This document shows, in pieces, positions 26,101 through 39,991 of a stretch of 64,000 nucleotides of DNA (position 1 is its first letter; the number at the start of each line of letters is the position of its first letter). The stretch is from Auanema rhodensis (Eukaryota; Animalia; Nematoda): positions 2,232,001 through 2,296,000 of the forward strand of contig OZ059898.1 of NCBI GenBank assembly GCA_964057225.1, read 5' to 3'. A model generated the notes under the pieces. That model saw only the letters and a list, made by a program, of their open reading frames with translations. It was not told where the DNA came from and searched no databases. A program made the translations under genes and the position numbers.

Positions 26101-29100
26101 TCACCCTGAAGAATTAATTTTTTCGTTGAATAACATTGTCCATCGTCTTTGCCTTGAAAAAAGGAATCTAAAAACATCTACTTTTTGCTAAATTATTTTG
26201 AAATTTTCTGAAAAAATTTTTGTCAAAATGTTTTTGGAAGCAATGTTGAGTGTACATGGAAACTCAACATACACTAATGCATCATTTTTCAAACGATCAT
26301 AACTAATTTTTGTATTAAGCGTTTCTCAATGTAGTATAGTGCATTCGATGCGGATTTTTAAGCTGCGTCGATCTGTGTTATCAGATTTGCGCTAGCTTAA
26401 AAATGCACCGAGATATCAACTGATATAAGTTCACACTTATATCCTCGATTTTCACCCTGAAGAATTAATTTTTTCGTTGAATAACATTGTCCATCGTCTT
26501 TGCCTTGAAAAAAGGAATCTAAAAACATCTACTTTTTGCTAAATTATTTTGAAATTTTCTGAAAAAATTTTTGTCAAAATGTTTTTGGAAGCAATGTTGA
26601 GTGTACATGGAAACTCAACATACACTAATGCATCATTTTTCAAACGATCATAACTAATTTTTGTATTAAGCGTTTCTCAATGTAGTATAGTGCATTCGAT
26701 GCGGATTTTTAAGCTGCGTCGATCTGTGTTATCAGATTTGCGCTAGCTTAAAAATGCACCGAGATATCAACTGATATAAGTTCACACTTATATCCTCGAT
26801 TTTCACCCTGAAGAATTAATTTTTTTGTTGAATAACATTGTCCATCGTCTTTGCCTTGAAAAAAGGAATCTAAAAACATCTACTTTTTGCTAAATTATTT
26901 TGAAATTTTTCGAAAAAATTTTTGTCAAAATGTTTTTGGAAGCAATGTTGAGTGTACATGGAAACTCAACATACACTAATGCATCATTTTTCAAACGATC
27001 ATAACTAATTTTTGTATTAAGCGTTTCTCAATGTAGTATAGTGCATTCGATGCGGATTTTTAAGCTGCGTCGATCTGTGTTATCAGATTTGCGCTAGCTT
27101 AAAAATGCACCGAGATATCAACTGATATAAGTTCACACTTATATCCTCGATTTTCACCCTGAAGAATTAATTTTTTCGTTGAATAACATTGTCCATCGTC
27201 TTTGCCTTGAAAAAAGGAATCTAAAAACATCTACTTTTTGCTAAATTATTTTGAAATTTTTCGAAAAAATTTTTGTCAAAATGTTTTTGGAAGCAATGTT
27301 GAGTGTACATGGAAACTCAACATACACTAATGCATCATTTTTCAAACGATCATAACTAATTTTTGTATTAAGCGTTTCTCAATGTAGTATAGTGCATTCG
27401 ATGCGGATTTTTAAGCTGCGTCGATCTGTGTTATCAGATTTGCGCTAGCTTAAAAATGCACCGAGATATCAACTGATATAAGTTCACACTTATATCCTCG
27501 ATTTTCACCCTGAAGAATTAATTTTTTCGTTGAATAACATTGTCCATCGTCTTTGCCTTGAAAAAAGGAATCTAAAAACATCTACTTTTTGCTAAATTAT
27601 TTTGAAATTTTCTGAAAAAATTTTTGTCAAAATGTTTTTGGAAGCAATGTTGAGTGTACATGGAAACTCAACATACACTAATGCATCATTTTTCAAACGA
27701 TCATAACTAATTTTTGTATTAAGCGTTTCTCAATGTAGTATAGTGCATTCGATGCGGATTTTTAAGCTGCGTCGATCTGTGTTATCAGATTTGCGCTAGC
27801 TTAAAAATGCACCGAGATATCAACTGATATAAGTTCACACTTATATCCTCGATTTTCACCCTGAAGATTTAATTTTTTCGTTGAATAACATTGTCCATCG
27901 TCTTTGCCTTGAAAAATGGAATCTAAAAACATCTACTTTTTGCTAAATTATTTTGAAATTTTTTGAAAAAATTTTTGTCAAAATGTTTTTGGAAGCAATG
28001 TTGAGTGTACATGGAAACTCAACATACACTAATGCATCATTTTTCAAACGATCATAACTAATTTTTATATTAAGCGTTTCTCAATGTAGCATAGTGCATT
28101 CGATGCGGATTTTTAAGCTGCGTCGATCTGTGTTATCAGATTTGCGCTAGCTTAAAAATGCACCGAGATATCAACTGATATAAGTTCACACTTATATCCT
28201 CGATTTTCACCCTGAAGAATTAATTTTTTTGTTGAATAACATTGTCCATCGTCTTTGCCTTGAAAAAAGGAATCTAAAAACATCTACTTTTTGCTAAATT
28301 ATTTTGAAATTTTTCGAAAAAATTTTTGTCAAAATGTTTTTGGAAGCAATGTTGAGTGTACATGGAAACTCAACATACACTAATGCATCATTTTTCAAAC
28401 GATCATAACTAATTTTTGTATTAAGCGTTTCTCAATGTAGTATAGTGCATTCGATGCGGATTTTTAAGCTGCGTCGATCTGTGTTATCAGATTTGCGCTA
28501 GCTTAAAAATGCACCGAGATATCAACTGATATAAGTTCACACTTATATCCTCGATTTTCACCCTGAAGAATTAATTTTTTTGTTGAATAACATTGTCCAT
28601 CGTCTTTGCCTTGAAAAAAGGAATCTAAAAACATCTACTTTTTGCTAAATTATTTTGAAATTTTTCGAAAAAATTTTTGTCAAAATGTTTTTGGAAGCAA
28701 TGTTGAGTGTACATGGAAACTCAACATACACTAATGCATCATTTTTCAAACGATCATAACTAATTTTTGTATTAAGCGTTTCTCAATGTAGTATAGTGCA
28801 TTCGATGCGGATTTTTAAGCTGCGTCGATCTGTGTTATCAGATTTGCGCTAGCTTAAAAATGCACCGAGATATCAACTGATATAAGTTCACACTTATATC
28901 CTCGATTTTCACCCTGAAGAATTAATTTTTTCGTTGAATAACATTGTCCATCGTCTTTGCCTTGAAAAAAGGAATCTAAAAACATCTACTTTTTGCTAAA
29001 TTATTTTGAAATTTTCTAAAAAAATTTTTGTCAAAATGTTTTTGGAAGCAATGTTGAGTGTACATGGAAACTCAACATACACTAATGCATCATTTTTCAA

Positions 29101-32100
29101 ACGATCATAACTAATTTTTGTATTAAGCGTTTCTCAATGTTGTATAGTGCATTCGATGCGGATTTTTAAGCTGCGTCGATCTGTGTTATCAGATTTGCGC
29201 TAGCTTAAAAATGCACCGAGATATCAACTGATATAAGTTCACACTTATATCCTCGATTTTCACCCTGAAGAATTAATTTTTTCGTTGAATAACATTGTCC
29301 ATCGTCTTTGCCTTGAAAAAAGGAATCTAAAAACATCTACTTTTTGCTAAATTATTTTGAAATTTTCTGAAAAAATTTTTGTCAAAATGTTTTTGGAAGC
29401 AATGTTGAGTGTACATGGAAACTCAACATACACTAATGCATCATTTTTCAAACGATCATAACTAATTTTTGTATTAAGCGTTTCTCAATGTAGTATAGTG
29501 CATTCGATGCGGATTTTTAAGCTGCGTCGATCTGTGTTATCAGATTTGCGCTAGCTTAAAAATGCACCGAGATATCAACTGATATAAGTTCACACTTATA
29601 TCCTCGATTTTCACCCTGAAGAATTAATTTTTTTGTTGAATAACATTGTCCATCGTCTTTGCCTTGAAAAAAGGAATCTAAAAACATCTACTTTTTGCTA
29701 AATTATTTTGAAATTTTTCGAAAAAATTTTTGTCAAAATGTTTTTGGAAGCAATGTTGAGTGTACATGGAAACTCAACATACACTAATGCATCATTTTTC
29801 AAACGATCATAACTAATTTTTGTATTAAGCGTTTCTCAATGTAGTATAGTGCATTCGATGCGGATTTTTAAGCTGCGTCGATCTGTGTTATCAGATTTGC
29901 GCTAGCTTAAAAATGCACCGAGATATCAACTGATATAAGTTCACACTTATATCCTCGATTTTCACCTTGAAGAATTAATTTTTTTGTTGAATAACATTGT
30001 CCATCGTCTTTGCCTTGAAAAAAGGAATCTAAAAACATCTACTTTTTGCTAAATTATTTTGAAATTTTTCGAAAAAATTTTTGTCAAAATGTTTTTGGAA
30101 GCAATGTTGAGTGTACATGGAAACTCAACATACACTAATGCATCATTTTTCAAACGATCATAACTAATTTTTGTATTAAGCGTTTCTCAATGTAGTATAG
30201 TGCATTCGATGCGGATTTTTAAGCTGCGTCGATCTGTGTTATCAGATTTGCGCTAGCTTAAAAATGCACCGAGATATCAACTGATATAAGTTCACACTTA
30301 TATCCTCGATTTTCACCCTGAAGAATTAATTTTTTCGTTGAATAACATTGTCCATCGTCTTTGCCTTGAAAAAAGGAATCTAAAAACATCTACTTTTTGC
30401 TAAATTATTTTGAAATTTTCTAAAAAAATTTTTGTCAAAATGTTTTTGGAAGCAATGTTGAGTGTACATGGAAACTCAACATACACTAATGCATCATTTT
30501 TCAAACGATCATAACTAATTTTTGTATTAAGCGTTTCTCAATGTAGTATAGTGCATTCGATGCGGATTTTTAAGCTGCGTCGATCTGTGTTATCAGATTT
30601 GCGCTAGCTTAAAAATGCACCGAGATATCAACTGATATAAGTTCACACTTATATCCTCGATTTTCACCCTGAAGAATTAATTTTTTCGTTGAATAACATT
30701 GTCCATCGTCTTTGCCTTGAAAAAAGGAATCTAAAAACATCTACTTTTTGCTAAATTATTTTGAAATTTTCTGAAAAAATTTTTGTCAAAATGTTTTTGG
30801 AAGCAATGTTGAGTGTACATGGAAACTCAACATACACTAATGCATCATTTTTCAAACGATCATAACTAATTTTTGTATTAAGCGTTTCTCAATGTAGTAT
30901 AGTGCATTCGATGCGGATTTTTAAGCTGCGTCGATCTGTGTTATCAGATTTGCGCTAGCTTAAAAATGCACCGAGATATCAACTGATATAAGTTCACACT
31001 TATATCCTCGATTTTCACCCTGAAGAATTAATTTTTTTGTTGAATAACATTGTCCATCGTCTTTGCCTTGAAAAAAGGAATCTAAAAACATCTACTTTTT
31101 GCTAAATTATTTTGAAATTTTTCGAAAAAAGTTTTGTCAAAATGTTTTTGGAAGCAATGTTGAGTGTACATGGAAACTCAACATACACTAATGCATCATT
31201 TTTCAAACGATCATAACTAATTTTTGTATTAAGCGTTTCTCAATGTAGTATAGTGCATTCGATGCGGATTTTTAAGCTGCGTCGATCTGTGTTATCAGAT
31301 TTGCGCTAGCTTAAAAATGCACCGAGATATCAACTGATATAAGTTCACACTTATATCCTCGATTTTCACCCTGAAGAATTAATTTTTTCGTTGAATAACA
31401 TTGTCCATCGTCTTTGCCTTGAAAAAAGGAATCTAAAAACATCTACTTTTTGCTAAATTATTTTGAAATTTTCTGAAAAAATTTTTGTCAAAATGTTTTT
31501 GGAAGCAATGTTGAGTGTACATGGAAACTCAACATACACTAATGCATCATTTTTCAAACGATCATAACTAATTTTTGTATTAAGCGTTTCTCAATGTAGT
31601 ATAGTGCATTCGATGCGGATTTTTAAGCTGCGTCGATCTGTGTTATCAGATTTGCGCTAGCTTAAAAATGCACCGAGATATCAACTGATATAAGTTCACA
31701 CTTATATCCTCGATTTTCACCCTGAAGATTTAATTTTTTCGTTGAATAACATTGTCCATCGTCTTTGCCTTGAAAAATGGAATCTAAAAACATCTACTTT
31801 TTGCTAAATTATTTTGAAATTTTTTGAAAAAATTTTTGTCAAAATGTTTTTGGAAGCAATGTTGAGTGTACATGGAAACTCAACATACACTAATGCATCA
31901 TTTTTCAAACGATCATAACTAATTTTTATATTAAGCGTTTCTCAATGTAGCATAGTGCATTCGATGCGGATTTTTAAGCTGCGTCGATCTGTGTTATCAG
32001 ATTTGCGCTAGCTTAAAAATGCACCGAGATATCAACTGATATAAGTTCACACTTATATCCTCGATTTTCACCCTGAAGAATTAATTTTTTTGTTGAATAA

Positions 32101-34399
32101 CATTGTCCATCGTCTTTGCCTTGAAAAAAGGAATCTAAAAACATCTACTTTTTGCTAAATTATTTTGAAATTTTTCGAAAAAATTTTTGTCAAAATGTTT
32201 TTGGAAGCAATGTTGAGTGTACATGGAAACTCAACATACACTAATGCATCATTTTTCAAACGATCATAACTAATTTTTGTATTAAGCGTTTCTCAATGTA
32301 GTATAGTGCATTCGATGCGGATTTTTAAGCTGCGTCGATCTGTGTTATCAGATTTGCGCTAGCTTAAAAATGCACCGAGATATCAACTGATATAAGTTCA
32401 CACTTATATCCTCGATTTTCACCCTGAAGAATTAATTTTTTTGTTGAATAACATTGTCCATCGTCTTTGCCTTGAAAAAAGGAATCTAAAAACATCTACT
32501 TTTTGCTAAATTATTTTGAAATTTTTCGAAAAAATTTTTGTCAAAATGTTTTTGGAAGCAATGTTGAGTGTACATGGAAACTCAACATACACTAATGCAT
32601 CATTTTTCAAACGATCATAACTAATTTTTGTATTAAGCGTTTCTCAATGTAGTATAGTGCATTCGATGCGGATTTTTAAGCTGCGTCGATCTGTGTTATC
32701 AGATTTGCGCTAGCTTAAAAATGCACCGAGATATCAACTGATATAAGTTCACACTTATATCCTCGATTTTCACCCTGAAGAATTAATTTTTTCGTTGAAT
32801 AACATTGTCCATCGTCTTTGCCTTGAAAAAAGGAATCTAAAAACATCTACTTTTTGCTAAATTATTTTGAAATTTTCTAAAAAAATTTTTGTCAAAATGT
32901 TTTTGGAAGCAATGTTGAGTGTACATGGAAACTCAACATACACTAATGCATCATTTTTCAAACGATCATAACTAATTTTTGTATTAAGCGTTTCTCAATG
33001 TTGTATAGTGCATTCGATGCGGATTTTTAAGCTGCGTCGATCTGTGTTATCAGATTTGCGCTAGCTTAAAAATGCACCGAGATATCAACTGATATAAGTT
33101 CACACTTATATCCTCGATTTTCACCCTGAAGAATTAATTTTTTCGTTGAATAACATTGTCCATCGTCTTTGCCTTGAAAAAAGGAATCTAAAAACATCTA
33201 CTTTTTGCTAAATTATTTTGAAATTTTCTGAAAAAATTTTTGTCAAAATGTTTTTGGAAGCAATGTTGAGTGTACATGGAAACTCAACATACACTAATGC
33301 ATCATTTTTCAAACGATCATAACTAATTTTTGTATTAAGCGTTTCTCAATGTAGTATAGTGCATTCGATGCGGATTTTTAAGCTGCGTCGATCTGTGTTA
33401 TCAGATTTGCGCTAGCTTAAAAATGCACCGAGATATCAACTGATATAAGTTCACACTTATATCCTCGATTTTCACCCTGAAGAATTAATTTTTTTGTTGA
33501 ATAACATTGTCCATCGTCTTTGCCTTGAAAAAAGGAATCTAAAAACATCTACTTTTTGCTAAATTATTTTGAAATTTTTCGAAAAAATTTTTGTCAAAAT
33601 GTTTTTGGAAGCAATGTTGAGTGTACATGGAAACTCAACATACACTAATGCATCATTTTTCAAACGATCATAACTAATTTTTGTATTAAGCGTTTCTCAA
33701 TGTAGTATAGTGCATTCGATGCGGATTTTTAAGCTGCGTCGATCTGTGTTATCAGATTTGCGCTAGCTTAAAAATGCACCGAGATATCAACTGATATAAG
33801 TTCACACTTATATCCTCGATTTTCACCTTGAAGAATTAATTTTTTTGTTGAATAACATTGTCCATCGTCTTTGCCTTGAAAAAAGGAATCTAAAAACATC
33901 TACTTTTTGCTAAATTATTTTGAAATTTTTCGAAAAAATTTTTGTCAAAATGTTTTTGGAAGCAATGTTGAGTGTACATGGAAACTCAACATACACTAAT
34001 GCATCATTTTTCAAACGATCATAACTAATTTTTGTATTAAGCGTTTCTCAATGTAGTATAGTGCATTCGATGCGGATTTTTAAGCTGCGTCGATCTGTGT
34101 TATCAGATTTGCGCTAGCTTAAAAATGCACCGAGATATCAACTGATATAAGTTCACACTTATATCCTCGATTTTCACCCTGAAGAATTAATTTTTTCGTT
34201 GAATAACATTGTCCATCGTCTTTGCCTTGAAAAAAGGAATCTAAAAACATCTACTTTTTGCTAAATTATTTTGAAATTTCCTAAAAAAATTTTTGTCAAA
34301 ATGTTTTTGGAAGCAATGTTGAGTGTACATGGAAACTCAACATACACTAATGCATCATTTTTCAAACGATCATAACTAATTTTTGTATTAAGCGTTTCT
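23168..34399. repeat. Higher-order repeat of 11-12 monomers
   Basis: The junction marker G337A+T9C (TTTTTATATT...GTAGCAT) sits at the start of copies 69, 81 and 92 (spacing 4212 and 3861 bp). A7T is in copies 84 and 95, and C131T in 86 and 97 (11 monomers apart). Confidence 0.85.
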
Positions 34400-37300
34400 C
34401 AATGTAGTATAGTGCATTCGATGCGGATTTTTAAGCTGCGTCGATCTGTGTTATCAGATTTGCGCTAGCTTAAAAATGCACCGAGATATCAACTGATATA
34501 AGTTCACACTTATATCCTCGATTTTCACCCTGAAGAATTAATTTTTTCGTTGAATAACATTGTCCATCGTCTTTGCCTTGAAAAAAGGAATCTAAAAACA
34601 TCTACTTTTTGCTAAATTATTTTGAAATTTCCTAAAAAAATTTTTGTCAAAATGTTTTTGGAAGCAATGTTGAGTGTACATGGAAACTCAACATACACTA
34701 ATGCATCATTTTTCAAACGATCATAACTAATTTTTGTATTAAGCGTTTCTCAATGTAGTATAGTGCATTCGATGCGGATTTTTAAGCTGCGTCGATCTGT
34801 GTTATCAGATTTGCGCTAGCTTAAAAATGCACCGAGATATCAACTGATATAAGTTCACACTTATATCCTCGATTTTCACCCTGAAGAATTAATTTTTTCG
34901 TTGAATAACATTGTCCATCGTCTTTGCCTTGAAAAAAGGAATCTAAAAACATCTACTTTTTGCTGAATTATTTTGAAATTTTCTGAAAAAATTTTTGTCA
35001 AAATGTTTTTGGAAGCAATGTTGAGTGTACATGGAAACTCAACATACACTAATGCATCATTTTTCAAACGATCATAACTAATTTTTGTATTAAGCGTTTC
35101 TCAATGTAGTATAGTGCATTCGATGCGGATTTTTAAGCTGCGTCGATCTGTGTTATCAGATTTGCGCTAGCTTAAAAATGCACCGAGATATCAACTGATA
35201 TAAGTTCACACTTATATCCTCGATTTTCACCCTGAAGAATTAATTTTTTTGTTGAATAACATTGTCCATCGTCTTTGCCTTGAAAAAAGGAATCTAAAAA
35301 CATCTACTTTTTGCTAAATTATTTTGAAATTTTTCGAAAAAATTTTTGTCAAAATGTTTTTGGAAGCAATGTTGAGTGTACATGGAAACTCAACATACAC
35401 TAATGCATCATTTTTCAAACGATCATAACTAATTTTTGTATTAAGCGTTTCTCAATGTAGTATAGTGCATTCGATGCGGATTTTTAAGCTGCGTCGATCT
35501 GTGTTATCAGATTTGCGCTAGCTTAAAAATGCACCGAGATATCAACTGATATAAGTTCACACTTATATCCTCGATTTTCACCCTGAAGAATTAATTTTTT
35601 CGTTGAATAACATTGTCCATCGTCTTTGCCTTGAAAAAAGGAATCTAAAAACATCTACTTTTTGCTAAATTATTTTGAAATTTTTCGAAAAAATTTTTGT
35701 CAAAATGTTTTTGGAAGCAATGTTGAGTGTACATGGAAACTCAACATACACTAATGCATCATTTTTCAAACGATCATAACTAATTTTTGTATTAAGCGTT
35801 TCTCAATGTAGTATAGTGCATTCGATGCGGATTTTTAAGCTGCGTCGATCTGTGTTATCAGATTTGCGCTAGCTTAAAAATGCACCGAGATATCAACTGA
35901 TATAAGTTCACACTTATATCCTCGATTTTCACCCTGAAGAATTAATTTTTTTGTTGAATAACATTGTCCATCGTCTTTGCCTTGAAAAAAGGAATCTAAA
36001 AACATCTACTTTTTGCTAAATTATTTTGAAATTTTTTGAAAAAATTTTTGTCAAAATGTTTTTGGAAGCAATGTTGAGTGTACATGGAAACTCAACATAC
36101 ACTAATGCATCATTTTTCAAACGATCATAACTAATTTTTGTATTAAGCGTTTCTCAATGTAGTATAGTGCATTCGATGCGGATTTTTAAGCTGCGTCGAT
36201 CTGTGTTATCAGATTTGCGCTAGCTTAAAAATGCACCGAGATATCAACTGATATAAGTTCACACTTATATCCTCGATTTTCACCCTGAAGAATTAATTTT
36301 TTTGTTGAATAGTATTGTCCATCGTCTTTGCCTTGAAAAAAGGAATCTAAAAACATCTACTTTTTGCTAAATTATTTTGAAATTTTTCGAAAAAATTTTT
36401 GTCAAAATGTTTTTGGAAGCAATGTTGAGTGTACATGGAAACTCAACATACACTAATGCATCATTTTTCAAACGATCATAACTAATTTTTGTATTAAGCG
36501 TTTCTCAATGTCGTATAGTGCATTCGATGCGGATTTTTAAGCTGCGTCGATCTGTGTTATCAGATTTGCGCTAGCTTAAAAATGCACCGAGATATCAACT
36601 GATATAAGTTCACACTTATATCCTCGATTTTCACCCTGAAGAATTAATTTTTTCGTTGAATAACATTGTCCATCGTCTTTGCCTTGAAAAAAGGAATCTA
36701 AAAACATCTACTTTATGCTAAATTATTTTGAAATTTTCTGAAAAAATTTTTGTCAAAATGTTTTTGGAAGCAATGTTGAGTGTACATGGAAACTCAACAT
36801 ACACTAATGCATCATTTTTCAAACGATCATAACTAATTTTTGTATTAAGCGTTTCTCAATGTAGTATAGTGCATTCGATGCGGATTTTTAAGCTGCGTCG
36901 ATCTGTGTTATCAGATTTGCGCTAGCTTAAAAATGCACCGAGATATCAACTGATATAAGTTCACACTTATATCCTCGATTTTCACCCTGAAGAATTAATT
37001 TTTTCGTTGAATAACATTGTCCATCGTCTTTGCCTTGAAAAAAGGAATCTAAAAACATCTACTTTTTGCTAAATTATTTTGAAATTTTCTGAAAAAATTT
37101 TTGTCAAAATGTTTTTGGAAGCAATGTTGAGTGTACATGGAAACTCAACATACACTAATGCATCATTTTTCAAACGATCATAACTAATTTTTGTATTAAG
37201 CGTTTCTCAATGTAGTATAGTGCATTCGATGCGGATTTTTAAGCTGCGTCGATCTGTGTTATCAGATTTGCGCTAGCTTAAAAATGCACCGAGATATCAA

Positions 37301-39991
37301 CTGATATAAGTTCACACTTATATCCTCGATTTTCACCCTGAAGAATTAATTTTTTTGTTGAATAACATTGTCCATCGTCTTTGCCTTGAAAAAAGGAATC
37401 TAAAAACATCTACTTTTTGCTAAATTATTTTGAAATTTTCTAAAAAAATTTTTGTCAAAATGTTTTTGGAAGCAATGTTGAGTGTACATGGAAACTCAAC
37501 ATACACTAATGCATCATTTTTCAAACGATCATAACTAATTTTTGTATTAAGCGTTTCTCAATGTAGTATAGTGCATTCGATGCGGATTTTTAAGCTGCGT
37601 CGATCTGTGTTATCAGATTTGCGCTAGCTTAAAAATGCACCGAGATATCAACTGATATAAGTTCACACTTATATCCTCGATTTTCACCCTGAAGAATTAA
37701 TTTTTTCGTTGAATAACATTGTCCATCGTCTTTGCCTTGAAAAAAGGAATCTAAAAACATCTACTTTTTGCTGAATTATTTTGAAATTTTCTGAAAAAAT
37801 TTTTGTCAAAATGTTTTTGGAAGCAATGTTGAGTGTACATGGAAACTCAACATACACTAATGCATCATTTTTCAAACGATCATAACTAATTTTTGTATTA
37901 AGCGTTTCTCAATGTAGTATAGTGCATTCGATGCGGATTTTTAAGCTGCGTCGATCTGTGTTATCAGATTTGCGCTAGCTTAAAAATGCACCGAGATATC
38001 AACTGATATAAGTTCACACTTATATCCTCGATTTTCACCCTGAAGAATTAATTTTTTTGTTGAATAACATTGTCCATCGTCTTTGCCTTGAAAAAAGGAA
38101 TCTAAAAACATCTACTTTTTGCTAAATTATTTTGAAATTTTTCGAAAAAATTTTTGTCAAAATGTTTTTGGAAGCAATGTTGAGTGTACATGGAAACTCA
38201 ACATACACTAATGCATCATTTTTCAAACGATCATAACTAATTTTTGTATTAAGCGTTTCTCAATGTAGTATAGTGCATTCGATGCGGATTTTTAAGCTGC
38301 GTCGATCTGTGTTATCAGATTTGCGCTAGCTTAAAAATGCACCGAGATATCAACTGATATAAGTTCACACTTATATCCTCGATTTTCACCCTGAAGAATT
38401 AATTTTTTCGTTGAATAACATTGTCCATCGTCTTTGCCTTGAAAAAAAGAATCTAAAAACATCTACTTTTTGCTAAATTATTTTGAAATTTTTCGAAAAA
38501 ATTTTTGTCAAAATGTTTTTGGAAGCAATGTTGAGTGTACATGGAAACTCAACATACACTAATGCATCATTTTTCAAACGATCATAACTAATTTTTGTAT
38601 TAAGCGTTTCTCAATGTAGTATAGTGCATTCGATGCGGATTTTTAAGCTGCGTCGATCTGTGTTATCAGATTTGCGCTAGCTTAAAAATGCACCGAGATA
38701 TCAACTGATATAAGTTCACACTTATATCCTCGATTTTCACCCTGAAGAATTAATTTTTTCGTTGAATAACATTGTCCATCGTCTTTGCCTTGAAAAAAGG
38801 AATCTAAAAACATCTACTTTTTGCTAAATTATTTTGAAATTTTTTGAAAAAATTTTTGTCAAAATGTTTTTGGAAGCAATGTTGAGTGTACATGGAAACT
38901 CAACATACACTAATGCATCATTTTTCAAACGATCATAACTAATTTTTGTATTAAGCGTTTCTCAATGTAGTATAGTGCATTCGATGCGGATTTTTAAGCT
39001 GCGTCGATCTGTGTTATCAGATTTGCGCTAGCTTAAAAATGCACCGAGATATCAACTGATATAAGTTCACACTTATATCCTCGATTTTCACCCTGAAGAA
39101 TTAATTTTTTCGTTGAATAACATTGTCCATCGTCTTTGCCTTGAAAAAAGGAATCTAAAAACATCTACTTTATGCTAAATTATTTTGAAATTTTCTGAAA
39201 AAATTTTTGTCAAAATGTTTTTGGAAGCAATGTTGAGTGTACATGGAAACTCAACATACACTAATGCATCATTTTTCAAACGATCATAACTAATTTTTGT
39301 ATTAAGCGTTTCTCAATGTAGTATAGTGCATTCGATGCGGATTTTTAAGCTGCGTCGATCTGTGTTATCAGATTTGCGCTAGCTTAAAAATGCACCGAGA
39401 TATCAACTGATATAAGTTCACACTTATATCCTCGATTTTCACCCTGAAGAATTAATTTTTTCGTTGAATAACATTGTCCATCGTCTTTGCCTTGAAAAAA
39501 GGAATCTAAAAACATCTACTTTTTGCTAAATTATTTTGAAATTTTCTGAAAAAATTTTTGTCAAAATGTTTTTGGAAGCAATGTTGAGTGTACATGGAAA
39601 CTCAACATACACTAATGCATCATTTTTCAAACGATCATAACTAATTTTTGTATTAAGCGTTTCTCAATGTAGTATAGTGCATTCGATGCGGATTTTTAAG
39701 CTGCGTCGATCTGTGTTATCAGATTTGCGCTAGCTTAAAAATGCACCGAGATATCAACTGATATAAGTTCACACTTATATCCTCGATTTTCACCCTGAAG
39801 AATTAATTTTTTTGTTGAATAACATTGTCCATCGTCTTTGCCTTGAAAAAAGGAATCTAAAAACATCTACTTTTTGCTAAATTATTTTGAAATTTTTCGA
39901 AAAAATTTTTGTCAAAATGTTTTTGGAAGCAATGTTGAGTGTACATGGAAACTCAACATACACTAATGCATCATTTTTCAAACGATCATAA

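Noticed and set aside
34876-35067. 63-aa minus-strand ORF
   Set aside because: It exists only because A215G (34965) converts a TAG present in the other copies to CAG. It starts at TTG, has no recognisable domain, and is ordinary satellite sequence.
37684-37875. Second identical 63-aa ORF
   Set aside because: It carries the same variant (37773) exactly 8x351 bp downstream. It is a product of local duplication, not independent evidence of a gene.
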